64,000 nt of DNA from Eledone cirrhosa (GCA_964016885.1 OZ024756.1:29202001-29266000); one strand, 5' to 3'; positions 12,022-24,580 are shown, counted from the first letter of the stretch. The notes: generated from the letters alone by a model not told the origin. Program-made: numbers and translations.

Positions 12022-14157
12022 CTAGAAAAAGAAAAGAGAGAAGAGAAAAGAAGATTAATTACATAATGTCAATAAACAATATAATTAAATAGTAATGAAA
12101 GCTCATGGCCTCAGTGGTTAGAGTAGTCAGCTCGTGAAACAGAAAAATAAATATTTCTGTTGGTATGATGCTTGCGTGAGAAACAAACTGATTAAAAATA
12201 CAGATCATAGCACAAGCCGACCATTTTATGTGGTACTTTTAGTTAAATCGTATGAAACCACAGTCGGCCTAAGAGCTGATGATGTATCTAACGTTTGTGT
12301 GATCTTCTCTCGTCCATTTTCTTCCTTTTCTCCTTTCCTACTACCACTTCTCTCCTTTGAGGTAAATTTTATCTGACGCTGTCATTCACGGCATTTTGCT
12401 ATTTTAACAGTTTCCCTGCACTGAGTTCTTCTCCATATTTTACGAATATATATGTGCGTGTGTATTATATATATATACACACACATACATATGTGTATGT
12501 ATATATATATATATATTTATATACATATATATACGTGTATGTATATATATATACATACATATACATATGTGTATGTATATATATATATATTTATATACAT
12601 ATATATATATACGTGTATGTATATATATATACATACATATACATATGTGTATGTATATATATATATATTTATATACATATATATATACATGTATGTATAT
12701 ATACATATATACATACATATACAAACATATATATATATATATACACACACAAACAAACAAGCAATCAGCTTCGTGCGGTTTCATTTTACCAAATTTCATT
12801 TACAAGGCTATAGTAGAAGCTTGACTCTGTGGTGTGGCAGCTGGACTGAACCTAAAACCATGTGGTTGAGATACAAACCTCTTAACAGCACAACCAAGCC
12901 TGCACATACTCAAGAAAAATCCTCTGTTTATGTGATATTTCTTAAAGAGCCATAGGATACAGAATAAGACAACACAAAGAGAGGGATGTGTCCATCAGAA
13001 AACTAATTAAATGTCCAATGTGATCTATTAGAATAAAATGAGTTGAAGAAGATCATAGATTATTGATTAGCCCAAACAAAATTGGGTCATGATGGTAGAT
13101 GGGTGGGATGTACTGGTGTATGTCAATCAATTTATCAATACATCTGTCACTCTAATCTACACCTTACACAAACCATCTCCATCTTTCTTTACATACACAC
13201 ATAAATATATACATAAACACACCATACACACACACACACATATATAGATATATATGCACAAACATATATAAAAATACATATACATAAACAAACATACTAC
13301 ACACACACACACAGATATATATATAGAGAGGGGGGGGGAGATAGTTCAAGATAAAAAAGACAAACACAGAGATACAATTACACACAGTCTTATCAGTTTC
13401 ATGCTTGTTGGAAAAGGAATGTTTCAACATATCAGACATTGGTCCTTCATCAGGAAAGAGTAAAATTGGAAGAAAGCGTTTATTGAAAGGTTGAAGAAAA
13501 AAATATTGATTAAAAAGAAAGTTTTATCATGTTAGATGAAGTGGACAGGCAAGTAGTTAACAGGTCCTCCAAGAGAAATTTTGTAATGCAGGTAAAGATT
13601 TTTCTCAAAATGGATGTTGCATGGTTGCTGTGGGGACCTCTTAGCTCTTGGGCCCCAGAACAAAGTACCAGCGGAACCCCCTCCCCCCCATAGGCCCTGG
13701 TAGTCAAGCATGCCGTTACGTTTCCCAAGGTGGTTGACCACACACACACACACACACACATATATATTATATATATATAATAAACAAGAAAGACGGTTTC
13801 ATTTGTACATCCCTATCTCGTCTTTCTTGTTTATTATTATAATAAAACTCCTGTTGAACAAAAACCGGGGAGTGCTTCATATCTGTTAAGAAAAAGTTGG
13901 CAGATTTTCAATCAACCAACCTCCTTCAATTAAATAATATATATATATATATATATATCGTTATACTTGGGGAGGGTCATAATGTTGTAATAATATTGCC
14001 AGAATTAATAACAGATCACACTCACTGTTTGGTTGGTTTTCGCTTCTGTATCTTTTATATCAGTTAATTTATTCAGTCCTCAATGTTTACCATTGACTGA
14101 CCAACGGTCAAAAATACAGATATAATATAGACACAAACACATATATATATAGTCTAA

Positions 14158-14196
14158 CAAAGTTCTTTCGTTGCACATCTGCAACATCGTCAGTGG
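14158..14196 (-). ncRNA. Minimal hammerhead motif
   Basis: CUGACGA-U-GUUGCA-gaug-UGCAAC-GAAA-GAAC-UU. Perfect stem II, weak stem I. Confidence 0.55.
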
Positions 14197-14492
14197 TGCT
14201 ATTATGTTTCCTCTATGTATTGTATGTCTACGCCATCTTTATTTAATCTGTTTATTTATTTATTTATTTATGTCTTCTGGCAATATTATTACAACAATAT
14301 GACCCTCCCCAAGTATAACAATATTTGTTTCGACACACGATTTCATATCAAAAACCTTGCAAAACAAATATATATATATATATATATAGATATATATGAA
14401 AAAGTTTAACCCCGACGGCAGAGCTCAAGCCGTTTCATTATGGTCCATCTGGTTCCTTACCACACCTCCTTCGTTTTAAATATATATATATA

Positions 14493-14558
14493 TAGAAGTA
14501 GTATCACAACAGTTAGTTCACCATACCGAGTGAACTAACTGTTGTGATACTACTTCTA
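14493..14558. repeat. Perfect 29-bp-stem hairpin next to (TA)n
   Basis: TAGAAGTAGTATCACAACAGTTAGTTCAC-cataccga-GTGAACTAACTGTTGTGATACTACTTCTA. Confidence 0.9.
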
Positions 14559-14617
14559 CCAAACTCGTCCCATGGACTGAGTGCTCGACTACTACGGATA
14601 TAACCCAGTGTTCTACC

Positions 14618-14661
<44 letters not shown>

Positions 14662-14717
14662 GGAAAAGAGTCACGACCCCAATGGCTGAGCTCCGGTCAT
14701 TTCGACAGCTAGGTCCG

Positions 14718-14759
<42 letters not shown>

Positions 14760-14897
14760 CAGCCACAGAAATACGTATTTTAGTAGTGCATTCGGCTTTA
14801 TGAAGAGACATAGCCTATGGGGCCCACTGTTTGAAAAAGGTTGCCCATGCCTGGTTTAGATAATATGAAAAATACGGAGTTATCTACTCTTAGATTG

Positions 14898-17067
14898 AGG
14901 TGATAGTGGTGGAGGTGATAGTGGTGGTGGTGATAGTGGTGGTGGTGGTTATAGTGGTGGAGGTGATAGTGGTGGAGGTGATAGTGGTGGAGGTGATAGT
15001 GGTGGAGGTGATAGTGGTGGTGGAGGTGATAGTGGTGGTGGTGATAGTGGTGGTGGTGATAGTGGTGGAGGTGATAGTGGTGGTGGTGATAGTGGTGGTG
15101 GTGATAGTGGTGGTGGTGATAGTGGTGGAGGTGATAGTGGTGGAGGTGATAGTGGTGGAGGTGATAGTGGTGGAGGTGATAGTGGTGGAGGTGATAGTGG
15201 TGGAGGTGATAGTGGTGGTGGTGATAGTGGTGGTGGTGATAGTGGTGGAGGTGATAGTGGTGGAGGTGATAGTGGTGGAGGTGATAGTGGTGGAGGTGAT
15301 AGTGGTGGAGGTGATAGTGGTGGAGGTGATAGTGGTGGAGGTGATAGTGGTGGAGGTGATAGTGGTGGTGGTGATAGTGGTGGAGGTGATAGTGGTGGTG
15401 GTGATAGTGGTGGTGGAGGTGATAGTGGTGGTGGTGATAGTGGTGGTGGTGATAGTGGTGGTGGTGATAGTGGTGGTGGTGATAGTGGTGGTGGTGATAG
15501 TAGTGGAGGTGATAGTGGTGGAGGTGATAGTGGTGGTGGTGATAGTGGTGGTGGTGATAGTAGTGGAGGTGATAGTGGTGGAGGTGATAGTGGTGGAGGT
15601 GATAGTGGTGGTGGTGATAGTGGTGGAGGTGATAGTGGTGGTGGTGATAGTGGTGGTGGTGATAGTGGTGGAGGTGATAGTGGTGGAGGTGATAGTGGTG
15701 GTGGTGATAGTGGTGGAGGTGATAGTAGTGGAGGTGATAGTGGTGGAGGTGATAGTGGTGGTGGTGATAGTAGTGGAGGTGATAGTGGTGGAGGTGATAG
15801 TGGTGGTGGTGATAGTGGTGGAGGTGATAGTGGTGATAGTGGTGGTGGTGATAGTGGTGGTGGTGATAGTGGTGGAGGTGATAGTGGTGGAGGTGATAGT
15901 GGTGGAGGTGATAGTGGTGGAGGTGATAGTGGTGGTGGTGATAGTAGTGGAGGTGATAGTGGTGGAGGTGATAGTGGTGGTGGTGATAGTAGTGGAGGTG
16001 ATAGTGGTGGAGGTGATAGTGGTGGTGGTGATAGTGGTGGAGGTGATAGTGGTGGAGGTGATAGTGGTGGAGGTGATAGTGGTGGTGGTGATAGTGGTGA
16101 TAGTGGTGGTGGTGATAGTGGTGGTGGTGATAGTGGTGGAGGTGATAGTGGTGGAGGTGATAGTGGTGGAGGTGATAGTGGTGGAGGTGATAGTGGTGGT
16201 GGTGATAGTGGTGGTGGTGATAGTGGTGGTGGTGATAGTAGTGGAGGTGATAGTGGTGGAGGTGATAGTGGTGGTGGTGATAGTGGTGGAGGTGATAGTG
16301 GTGGAGGTGATAGTGGTGGTGGTGATAGTGGTGATAGTGGTGGAGGTGATAGTGGTGGTGGTGATAGTGGTGGAGGTGATAGTGGTGGAGGGGATAGTGG
16401 TGGTGGTGATAGTGGTGATAGTGGTGGTGGTGATAGTGGTGGTGGTGATAGTGGTGGAGGTGATAGTGGTGGAGGTGATAGTGGTGGAGGTGATAGTGGT
16501 GGTGGTGATAGTGGTGGAGGTGATAGTGGTGGAGGTGATAGTGGTGGTGGTGATAGTGGTGGAGGTGATAGTGGTGGAGGTGATAGTGGTGGAGGTGATA
16601 GTGGTGGAGGTGATAGTGGTGGAGGTGATAGTGGTGGTGGTGATAGTGGTGGTGGTGATAGTGGTGGAGGTGATAGTGGTGGTGGTGATAGTGGTGGTGG
16701 TGATAGTGGTGGAGGTGATAGTGGTGGAGGTGATAGTGGTGGAGGTGATAGTGGTGGAGGTGATAGTGGTGGAGGTGATAGTGGTGGTGGTGATAGTGGT
16801 GGAGGTGATAGTGGTGGAGGTGATAGTGGTGGTGGTGATAGTGGTGGAGGTGATAGTGGTGGAGGTGATAGTGGTGGAGGTGATAGTGGTGGTGGTGATA
16901 GTGGTGGTGGTGATAGTGGTGGTGGTGATAGTGGTGGAGGTGATAGTGGTGGTGGTGATGGTGGTGGTGGTGATAGTGGTGGAGGTGATAGTGGTGGAGG
17001 TGATAGTGGTGGAGGTGATAGTGGTGGAGGTGATAGTGGTGGTGGTGATAGTGGTGGAGGTGATAGT
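14898..17067. repeat. 15-bp minisatellite (GGTGATAGTGGTGG[A/T])
   Basis: About 2.2 kb of tandem 15-mers. Explains the 762-aa and 846-aa pseudo-ORFs. Confidence 0.97.
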
Positions 17068-17764
17068 GTGTAATAGTGTTATGTGGAAGAATAAGTGTAA
17101 GGACTTGAGGTGGTGGTGTAAGGAAGTTGGTATAAGGAGATGGTGTAAGGAGGTTGTTAGAGGGAGGAGGATGCAAGAAGGTTGTTAAAGATGGGAGGGG
17201 GGGGGCTGTAAGGAAGTTGTTAGCCGGAGAGGGTGTAAGTAGGTTCGAGTGGAGTGAGCGGTATGTACATGAGGGCGGAGTGGGGAAGGGAAGAGGGTTA
17301 AACCAACAATTAACAATAGACACAATAAAACCATACAATTGTGGTCATTTTAAATTATCTCCCTCCCCTCGCCGCCCTTGTCACCATTACAACCACCGGT
17401 GTCACAGCACCACCATCACCACCACCGCCATCATCACCACCGCCACCGGGTGGGCTTATTTCGTAACACCTGCTTCGTATTAATGAGAAACAGAATAAAT
17501 AAGAATTTGAGGACTACATAACATCTGGACCAACACGATGTGCCCCAGAGAAAGTATGTATGTATGTGTATGTATGTACATATCTCTGTATCTATGTATG
17601 TGTGTATATATATATATTTTTATATATATATACATATACATATATGTATGTATATGTATGATTATATATGTATGAATATATATATATATATATATATATA
17701 CATACTTATATGTATGAATATGTATGTGTATATATTTATATATATATATATATATATATTATGT

Positions 17765-18372
17765 CAGGTCACCAGTTGGTGCTACTGGTAACATGTATCC
17801 CAGTACAACCTGTCCCATGTTCGGGTCGTTGGCGACTAAACTGGCAACCCCACCAAGGTTTCTTGGTGAGGAGGGTGGGTGACTTTGGACATCCTGCAGG
17901 ACTAAAAACAAAACCCGTCAAAAGGCAAAGCAGCTCTTAAGAGTCAATGGCCATCCAAAATCACCGGGAGAGATGACCCCTTAGCCTTTGTCAAGGCAGA
18001 ATTCTAGGAGAAGGAAAACTCTGATATAACACCTGCAACCCTGATGGTATCCAATGATGTTGACTTGTTCTTCTTTTTGGTAAATATCATCTTGGTTAAG
18101 GGAGTGGGACTGGCTTTGTGCAGTGCCTTTGCTCATTATAAAAGCTTCACGGCACAGGCATTGCTTTATATCTGGAGATCTCTCTGCACTTGTCGTCACA
18201 TGGTACCATGGGCCCAGCACTATGTGTCAATAATTGTCACAAGTGTAGTGTTTGTACCAGAGTTTTCAAGTCGCTGGCTGGACTAAAAAGTCACATTCAT
18301 TCAGCGCATCGGTAGAGGTTCTCCTACATGGATATAAAGTAGTGGCCGTACTCAAAAACGAGTTGGCAGCCA

Positions 18373-18375
<3 letters not shown>
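17765..18375. mobile_element. Probable degenerate LINE-derived fragments
   Basis: Unique-looking island between (TA)n tracts that resembles LINE 5' UTR/endonuclease remnants. No intact ORF. Confidence 0.3.
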
Positions 18376-18422
<47 letters not shown>

Positions 18423-18464
18423 GATATTAAATAAATGGAAATTATATTTATAAAACCATATTTA

Positions 18465-18525
18465 TTTCATTATATATATTTCAGGGATAACATATTAAAA
18501 ATATGTTATGCCTTCTTCAGACAAA
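18465..18525 (-). ncRNA. Minimal hammerhead motif, family B
   Basis: UUUGU-CUGAAGA-AGGCAUAACAUAUU-uuu-AAUAUGUUAUCCCU-GAAA-UAUAUA-UA-AUGAAA. Confidence 0.7.
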
Positions 18526-18580
18526 TTTATACAAGTTATAAATATTTACTCGTTGTAACCCAACAATTTAAATAAAACTT

Positions 18581-18611
<31 letters not shown>

Positions 18612-18659
18612 TAAAATAAAATAAATAAGTCAAATGTGTAAAATTTGGCTTCGTTTATT

Positions 18660-18714
18660 ACTGCAATATATATTTCGGTGATAGCGATCTTTGGCTGTGG
18701 CCTCTTCAGGCAGT
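18660..18714 (-). ncRNA. Minimal hammerhead, family A
   Basis: ACUGC-CUGAAGA-GGCCACAGCCAAAGAUCGCUAUCACC-GAAA-UAUAUA-UU-GCAGU. Confidence 0.7.
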
Positions 18715-18996
18715 CCGAATTAGTGTGTTAGAGACGAGCACACATGTTGAGGTGTATAACTTTGTCAATACTCTGATATGCCCAGTTCCTGGTTGGGTTG
18801 TTATTTCACTGAGGAACTGGAATCATATGATTATTATGTGTGTGTGTGTGTATATTATGTATATGTGTATATTATGTATATCATATGATTCCAGTTCCTC
18901 AGTGAAATAACAACCCAACCAGGAACTGGGCATATCAGAGTATTGACAAAGTTATACACCTCAACATGTGTACTCGTCTCTACCACACTAATTCCG

Positions 18997-19051
18997 ACTG
19001 CCTGAAGAGGTCACAGCCAAAGATGGCGGTCACCGAAATATATATTGCAGT
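18997..19051 (+). ncRNA. Minimal hammerhead, family A
   Basis: ACUGC-CUGAAGA-GGUCACAGCCA-aaga-UGGCGGUCACC-GAAA-UAUAUA-UU-GCAGU, immediately followed by AATAAA. Confidence 0.8.
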
Positions 19052-19165
19052 AATAAACAAAGCCAAATTTTAAACATTTGACTCATTTATTTTATTTTAT
19101 TTTACATTACTCCGGAGTAACCAAACCAACCTGCGCACTTCGTCGAGTGCTCCACTCTGCATACT

Positions 19166-19214
<49 letters not shown>

Positions 19215-19215
19215 T

Positions 19216-19246
<31 letters not shown>

Positions 19247-19251
19247 AATAT

Positions 19252-19282
<31 letters not shown>

Positions 19283-19315
19283 AATATATACATACATATA
19301 TATATATATAAATAT

Positions 19316-19346
<31 letters not shown>

Positions 19347-19447
19347 AATATATACATACATATATATATATATAAATATATACATACATATATATATATA
19401 TATATATAAATATATACATACATATATATATATATATATATAAATAT

Positions 19448-19480
<33 letters not shown>

Positions 19481-19485
19481 AATAT

Positions 19486-19516
<31 letters not shown>

Positions 19517-19560
19517 AATATATACATACATATATATATATATAAATATATACATACATA

Positions 19561-19591
<31 letters not shown>

Positions 19592-20357
19592 AAATAAATA
19601 TATACATACATACATATACATATATATAAATAAATAAATACATATACATATATATAAATAAATACATACATATACATATATATAAATAAATATATACATA
19701 TACATATATATAAATAAATATATACATATACATACATATACATACGTATAAATAAATACATATACATATATACATATATATATATATATACACATACATA
19801 TATAAATACAAACATATATACATACATACACATACATATACATACACACATACATACACACATATATATATATATATCATCACCATTGTTCAACGTCCAT
19901 CTTCAACGCTAACATGGGTTAGACATACATATATGCGATTTGAACGTATATATCTGTGTTTGTCTCATATTGTATACATATATAATACACACACACATAA
20001 TATACACACACACACATAATATACACACACACACATAATATACACACACACACAATATATATACACACACAATATATATACACACACACACATATAATGT
20101 AATGTAAATTTGACACCTCGTCAATATTAGTAATACACTGGGTAATTGCTGGCCTTGTGCCTAACGTAGAAACAATTACCATTATTATTATATATATATA
20201 TATATATTAGGTTGATTAACAAATTTGAAAAGCAGATTAGGCTTGAGTCGGGTCTCTAGCATTATTATAGATCCCGAGCCAGCCGACTGTGAAACGATTG
20301 TAAATATGTGTTAATAAAATCATTAGAGGACTGTAAGGTAAAACCTCGCTTTGTTTT

Positions 20358-20405
<48 letters not shown>

Positions 20406-20447
20406 GATATTAAACAAATGGAAACTATATTTATAAAACCATATTTA

Positions 20448-20509
20448 TTTCGTTATATATATTTCAGGGATATCATATTAAAAATATGGTATGCCTTCCT
20501 CAGACAAAA
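20448..20509 (-). ncRNA. Minimal hammerhead, family B
   Basis: Reverse complement of 20671-20732. Confidence 0.75.
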
Positions 20510-20670
20510 TACAATATATAAACAGTTTTATAAATAAATTTGACATACCTTTTAAACAATGCAACTTCCATTTAAAAAGTTGATTTGGTAGTAAATCAAC
20601 TTTTTAAATGGAAGTTGCATTATTTAAAAGGTATGTCAAAAATTATTTATAAAACAGCTTATGTATTGTA

Positions 20671-20732
20671 TTTTGTCTGAGGAAGGCATACCATATTTTT
20701 AATATGATATCCCTGAAATATATATAACGAAA
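20671..20732 (+). ncRNA. Minimal hammerhead, family B
   Basis: UUUUGU-CUGAGGA-AGGCAUACCAUAUU-uuu-AAUAUGAUAUCCCU-GAAA-UAUAUA-UA-ACGAAA, with an overlapping AATAAA. Confidence 0.78.
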
Positions 20733-20865
20733 TAAATATGGTTTTATAAATATAGTTTCCATTTGTTTAATATCGTAAACCTACTCCAGAAACTGTTGAG
20801 TGCTTTTATATCAGTTATAAAATATTTACTCGTTGTAACCCAACAATCTTAAATAAAACTTTTGC

Positions 20866-20917
<52 letters not shown>

Positions 20918-21019
20918 TCCTACAAGTGGTGGTTAAATAGCAGCAAACAAGGGAGGCAACTCTAACAATATTTGCTAACGGGATGGATCCCTATATATGC
21001 ATACGTATGTACTGTACGT

Positions 21020-21215
21020 AGGTGCCAGGAAATGTCAGTGGATGGAAGCCGCAGTTAGGGGAAGGCCGAGAAAGACCTGGGGCAGAGGCTGTGAGAGCTG
21101 ACCTCAAATCGCTGACACTCAGAGAGGCGATGACGAAGGACCCGTCCAACCCATGCAAGTGTGGAAAAAAAGCGGACGTAAAAACGATGATGGTGATGAT
21201 GATGATGATGATGTT
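21020..21215 (+). mobile_element. RTE-type LINE 3' end fragment with (GAT)n tail
   Basis: TWAEAVRADL-like coding remnant followed by CCCATGCAAGTGTGGAAAAAAGCGGACGTAAAAC-GATGATG. Confidence 0.7.
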
Positions 21216-21638
21216 GATTTCATACGAATGAAACAGTTCTAGTCCTGGAGAAGTCATTGCTATATAAAATAAAGATGCCTATACTCTACCAATATACTTA
21301 GTACCTTTCTTAACAGTTCACTATGAAAACGCCTTGTTGAGTCAAACCAAGCCAAGCGTTAATATCATCCACTACCTGGAATACCATAACTGGACTTCAC
21401 CTAAGTGGACTGCATTTAACTATTATTTGTTAATCCGTGTATATATATATATATATATAATATAAATACATTATCGGAGAAAGCTAATAGCGATACTCCG
21501 GCCAAATCCCAACTCACTCAACAAACATTAGGAAATAAGTGAGTATATTCCTAATTAAACGTTCGGGGTGCTAACTAATTGCATTGTGTGGAAAATTGGC
21601 TGTACTATTTCATATGAGATATATCAAATATATCTCTT

Positions 21639-21765
21639 CCCAGACGGACGTCTCGTTTCATTATAAGATTCCTACAAGTTGGGTGAAATTATACCAATTT
21701 ATGTAGAAGCTTGTATAAGATCAACAGATACTTATTCAAGTGGGCTCTTATAATTCTTCAGTGGG
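21639..21765 (-). ncRNA. Type-I hammerhead with long stem II and canonical GUC cleavage triplet
   Basis: CCCA-CUGAAGA-AUUAUAAGA-[77 nt]-UCUUAUAAU-GAAA-CGAGACGUCCG-UC-UGGG. Confidence 0.8.
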
Positions 21766-22013
21766 TGCCCAATAATATTAATATATAATATACAAATGGA
21801 AGTACAGCATAATCGAAGCTCTGGCTGCAGCTAAGCTAACGAATGCAATCGGAATGTGCAGCTAAGCACTCAATAAGGTATTTTACCTTAGAGTGATGAC
21901 ATTACGTTTAGACAGCTTTGCAAATTGAAGATAGCGACCGGTAAGCCAGCCGCAGGGACCAAAGCAACGAGAAAACTGGCTCAGGGAAAAAAAAAATATA
22001 TATATATATACAC

Positions 22014-22060
<47 letters not shown>

Positions 22061-22066
22061 ATATAT

Positions 22067-23966
22067 GGGTCGTACCAAAGGACTGGCGTAGCAACATCAT
22101 CATTAACTGCTACAAGGGTAAAGGAGATGCCCTAGATAGGGGAAACTATAGAGGCATTAAATTAATTGACGAGGTCATGAAGGTCACAGAAAAAGTAATA
22201 GCGCAACTAATCAGAGAGCGAATTGATCTAGATGAAATGCAGTTCGGGTTTGTGTCAGGTAAAAGTACCACAGACGCTCTTTTCATTGTACGACAACTAC
22301 AGGAGAAGTACCTAGCTAAAAGTAAACCCCTCTACTTAGCTTTTGTAGACCTGGAGAAAGCCTTTGACAGAGTCCCCCGCTCCATTATCTGGTGGGCTCT
22401 TAGAAAACTAGGTGTTGATGAATGGCTTGTGAGAGCTATACAAGCCATGTATAAAGAAACAGTCAGCAAGGGTAGAATTAACAACGAATATAGTGAAGAG
22501 TTTAGTGTAAAAGTTGGTGTTCATCAGGGCTCCGTTCTTAGCCCCCTCCTATTTATTATCGCCCTCCAAGCTATAACAGAGGAGTTCAAGACCAGCTGCC
22601 CATGGGAACTTCTATACGCAGATGATCTAACGCTCATAGCCGAATCAATGGCTGAACTAGAGAAGAAATTCCAAACATGGAAGCATGGCTTAGAATCAAA
22701 AGGCCTTACAGTTATCTTGTCTAAGACTAAAGTCCTAATATGTAGGAAGGAGAATAGGGCACTGGTCCCATCCGGGAAATGGCCATGCTCAGTGTGTAGG
22801 AAAGGAGTAGGCAGAAACTCCATTTTATGTCCCACATGCAAAGTATGGGTGCATAAAAGATGTAGTGGGATCACAGGTAAGCTAACTAAGAATATAGATT
22901 TTATATGTGGCCGGTGCTCTGGTGCAATAAGTAGCAGCAAATGCCCACAGAACACAAGCTCATTCCATTGCCCAGATGGTTCTATAGAAATAGTGGACAC
23001 CTTCCGTTACCTGGGTGACAAAATCAGCAGTTGTGGAGGGTGCTCCGAAAGTACTGTAGCTAGAGTCATAACGGGATGGAAAAAGTTCAGAGAGCTTATA
23101 CCACTATTGGCCGCTAAAGGTTTCTCTCTAAAAATAAAAGGCAGGCTGTATGATGCCTGCATACGAACAGCGATGTTACATGGCAGTAAGACCTGGGCAT
23201 TGTGTGCAGAGGATCTACGCAGACTGGAGAAGAACGAAGATTGCATACTCCGTTGGGTGTGTAATAGTAATATACGCGAACGGCAAAGCATAAATGAACT
23301 AAGTGAGAAATTAGGAATAAAAGGGATCAGATGCTGTTTACTCGAGAGAAGACTACGTTGGTATGATCACGTGATGCGCATGAAAGATGACAGCTGTATA
23401 AAAAAAAGTGCAGGGCGATCAAAACAGACGGTAGCTACGGAGTAGGCAGACCCAGAAAAACCTGGGACGACTTGATAAAATCCGACCTCACACACTTACA
23501 CCTCTCCAAGACAATGTCACTGGACCGAGATCTTTGACGCTACGTTGTAATACAGAAGACCCGCCTTGCCAAAGTACAAAGCGAAACCTACAGTCAGTAG
23601 GCACCTCTTAACCAAAATACACCCCCGTCCCACTAACCATACCCCCACCGCCATCTACACCACCCCTTTCGATGTAAAGCTATATTGGTACCACTACATC
23701 CAGTCCTAAATACACGAGGTCGTGTAGGTGTCACGGCAAAAAAACACACAGACTCCACGCTGTAATGTGGCCGTGTAGGTAACACGGTAAAAACCTCCCA
23801 GTCCACACTGTAAACGTGGTTGGTGTTAGGAAGGGCATCCAGCCGTAGAAAACCCGCCAAACAGTCCTGAGCAAGACAACAACCAATCTTGCCTCAAGTG
23901 GGACAATTCCCGTCCAGACCCATGCTAGCGTGGAAAATGGACGTTAAACGATGATCATGATGATGA
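22067..23966 (+). mobile_element. 5'-truncated RTE-clade LINE (RT domain plus 3' UTR)
   Basis: DLEKAFD, HQGSVLSP and YADD motifs. Closely similar to the 56086-59205 ORF. Frameshift near 23405, (GAT)n tail, (TA)n on both flanks. Confidence 0.93.
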
Positions 23967-24227
23967 TATATACATATATATATGTACATATATATATATA
24001 TATACACATATATATATATACACATGGAAAAAATGAAATTTCATTTCCCACTCATATATACATATATATGAGAAAACTCATCGCTAGAATAACTGTTAAA
24101 TCATGTAGCCTCTGGGGCATTTTGCCCGTGGCTGTCTTTGACAGCATCTAGCAGTTTTAACAGCTGTTCTAGCGATAAGTCTTTTTATTTTATATATGTA
24201 TTCAATATATATATATATATATATATA

Positions 24228-24475
24228 ACGAAGGAAGTGTGGTAAGAAACCAGGTGGACCATAATGCACCAGAGTACTCGATACTTAGGGCAGTAGAGTG
24301 GGTAATAGGAAAAAAGCCAGGAACCCCCCCCACCCCCCCGATGGCTGAGCTCCGGCCGTTTCGACAGCTAGATCCGAACGCTGATGGCGAAACGGCCGGA
24401 GCTCAGCCGTCGGGATCCGAACGCTGATGGCGAAACGGCCGGAGCTCAGCCGTCGGGGTCCTGACTCTTTTCCTA
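24228..24475. mobile_element. Rearranged fragment (hairpin plus 42-bp tandem duplication) of a (TA)n-associated repeat family
   Basis: GGCTGAGCTCCGGCCGTTTCG / CGAAACGGCCGGAGCTCAGCC x2. Related pieces lie at 14410-14476, 14660-14720 and 45120-45160. Confidence 0.65.
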
Positions 24476-24527
24476 TATATATATATATATATTTTTTTTT
24501 TATTTTTTATTTTTTTTTTATTTTTTT

Positions 24528-24580
24528 CTGAGGATGCTTTAGTATTACCTGAGGGTATTGAAGTTGAAACGCGCGTAGAC
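24528..24580 (+). ncRNA. Penelope-type minimal hammerhead motif (5' strand of stem I lost)
   Basis: CUGAGGA-U-GCUUUAGUAUU..GGUAUUGAAGU-U-GAAA-CGCGCG-UA-GAC, then AATAAA. Confidence 0.65.

Larger units (their letters stand above)
18608..19102. mobile_element. Fold-back element: ~220-bp inverted arms, each carrying a hammerhead (Penelope inverted-pLTR-like)
   Basis: 18608-18831 is the reverse complement of 18879-19102 with a few mismatches. Microsatellite spacer, (TA)n nearby on both sides. A further copy lies at 59640-59950. Confidence 0.8.
20403..20777. mobile_element. Near-perfect fold-back (~185-bp arms, 6-nt loop) with a hammerhead in each arm
   Basis: Arms 20403-20586 and 20593-20777, starting directly at (TA)n. 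Confidence 0.85.

Noticed and set aside
13410-13460. CUGAUGAAGGAC...GAAACAUU on the minus strand
   Set aside because: Stems I and II do not pair convincingly, so at best a decayed hammerhead.
14798-17338. 846-aa His-rich and 762-aa Val-rich ORFs
   Set aside because: A 15-bp intronic satellite that lacks stops in these frames by composition. No splice or domain support.
20225-20305. Hammerhead-like fold with GAAACGAUUGUA and AATAAA
   Set aside because: The core reads UUGAAAA rather than CUGANGA, too degenerate to call. The same applies to candidates near 26964, 34630-34660 and 53460-53495.
21925-22066. N-terminal part of the 506-aa ORF
   Set aside because: Read-through across a TA microsatellite. 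LINE homology begins at ~22067.
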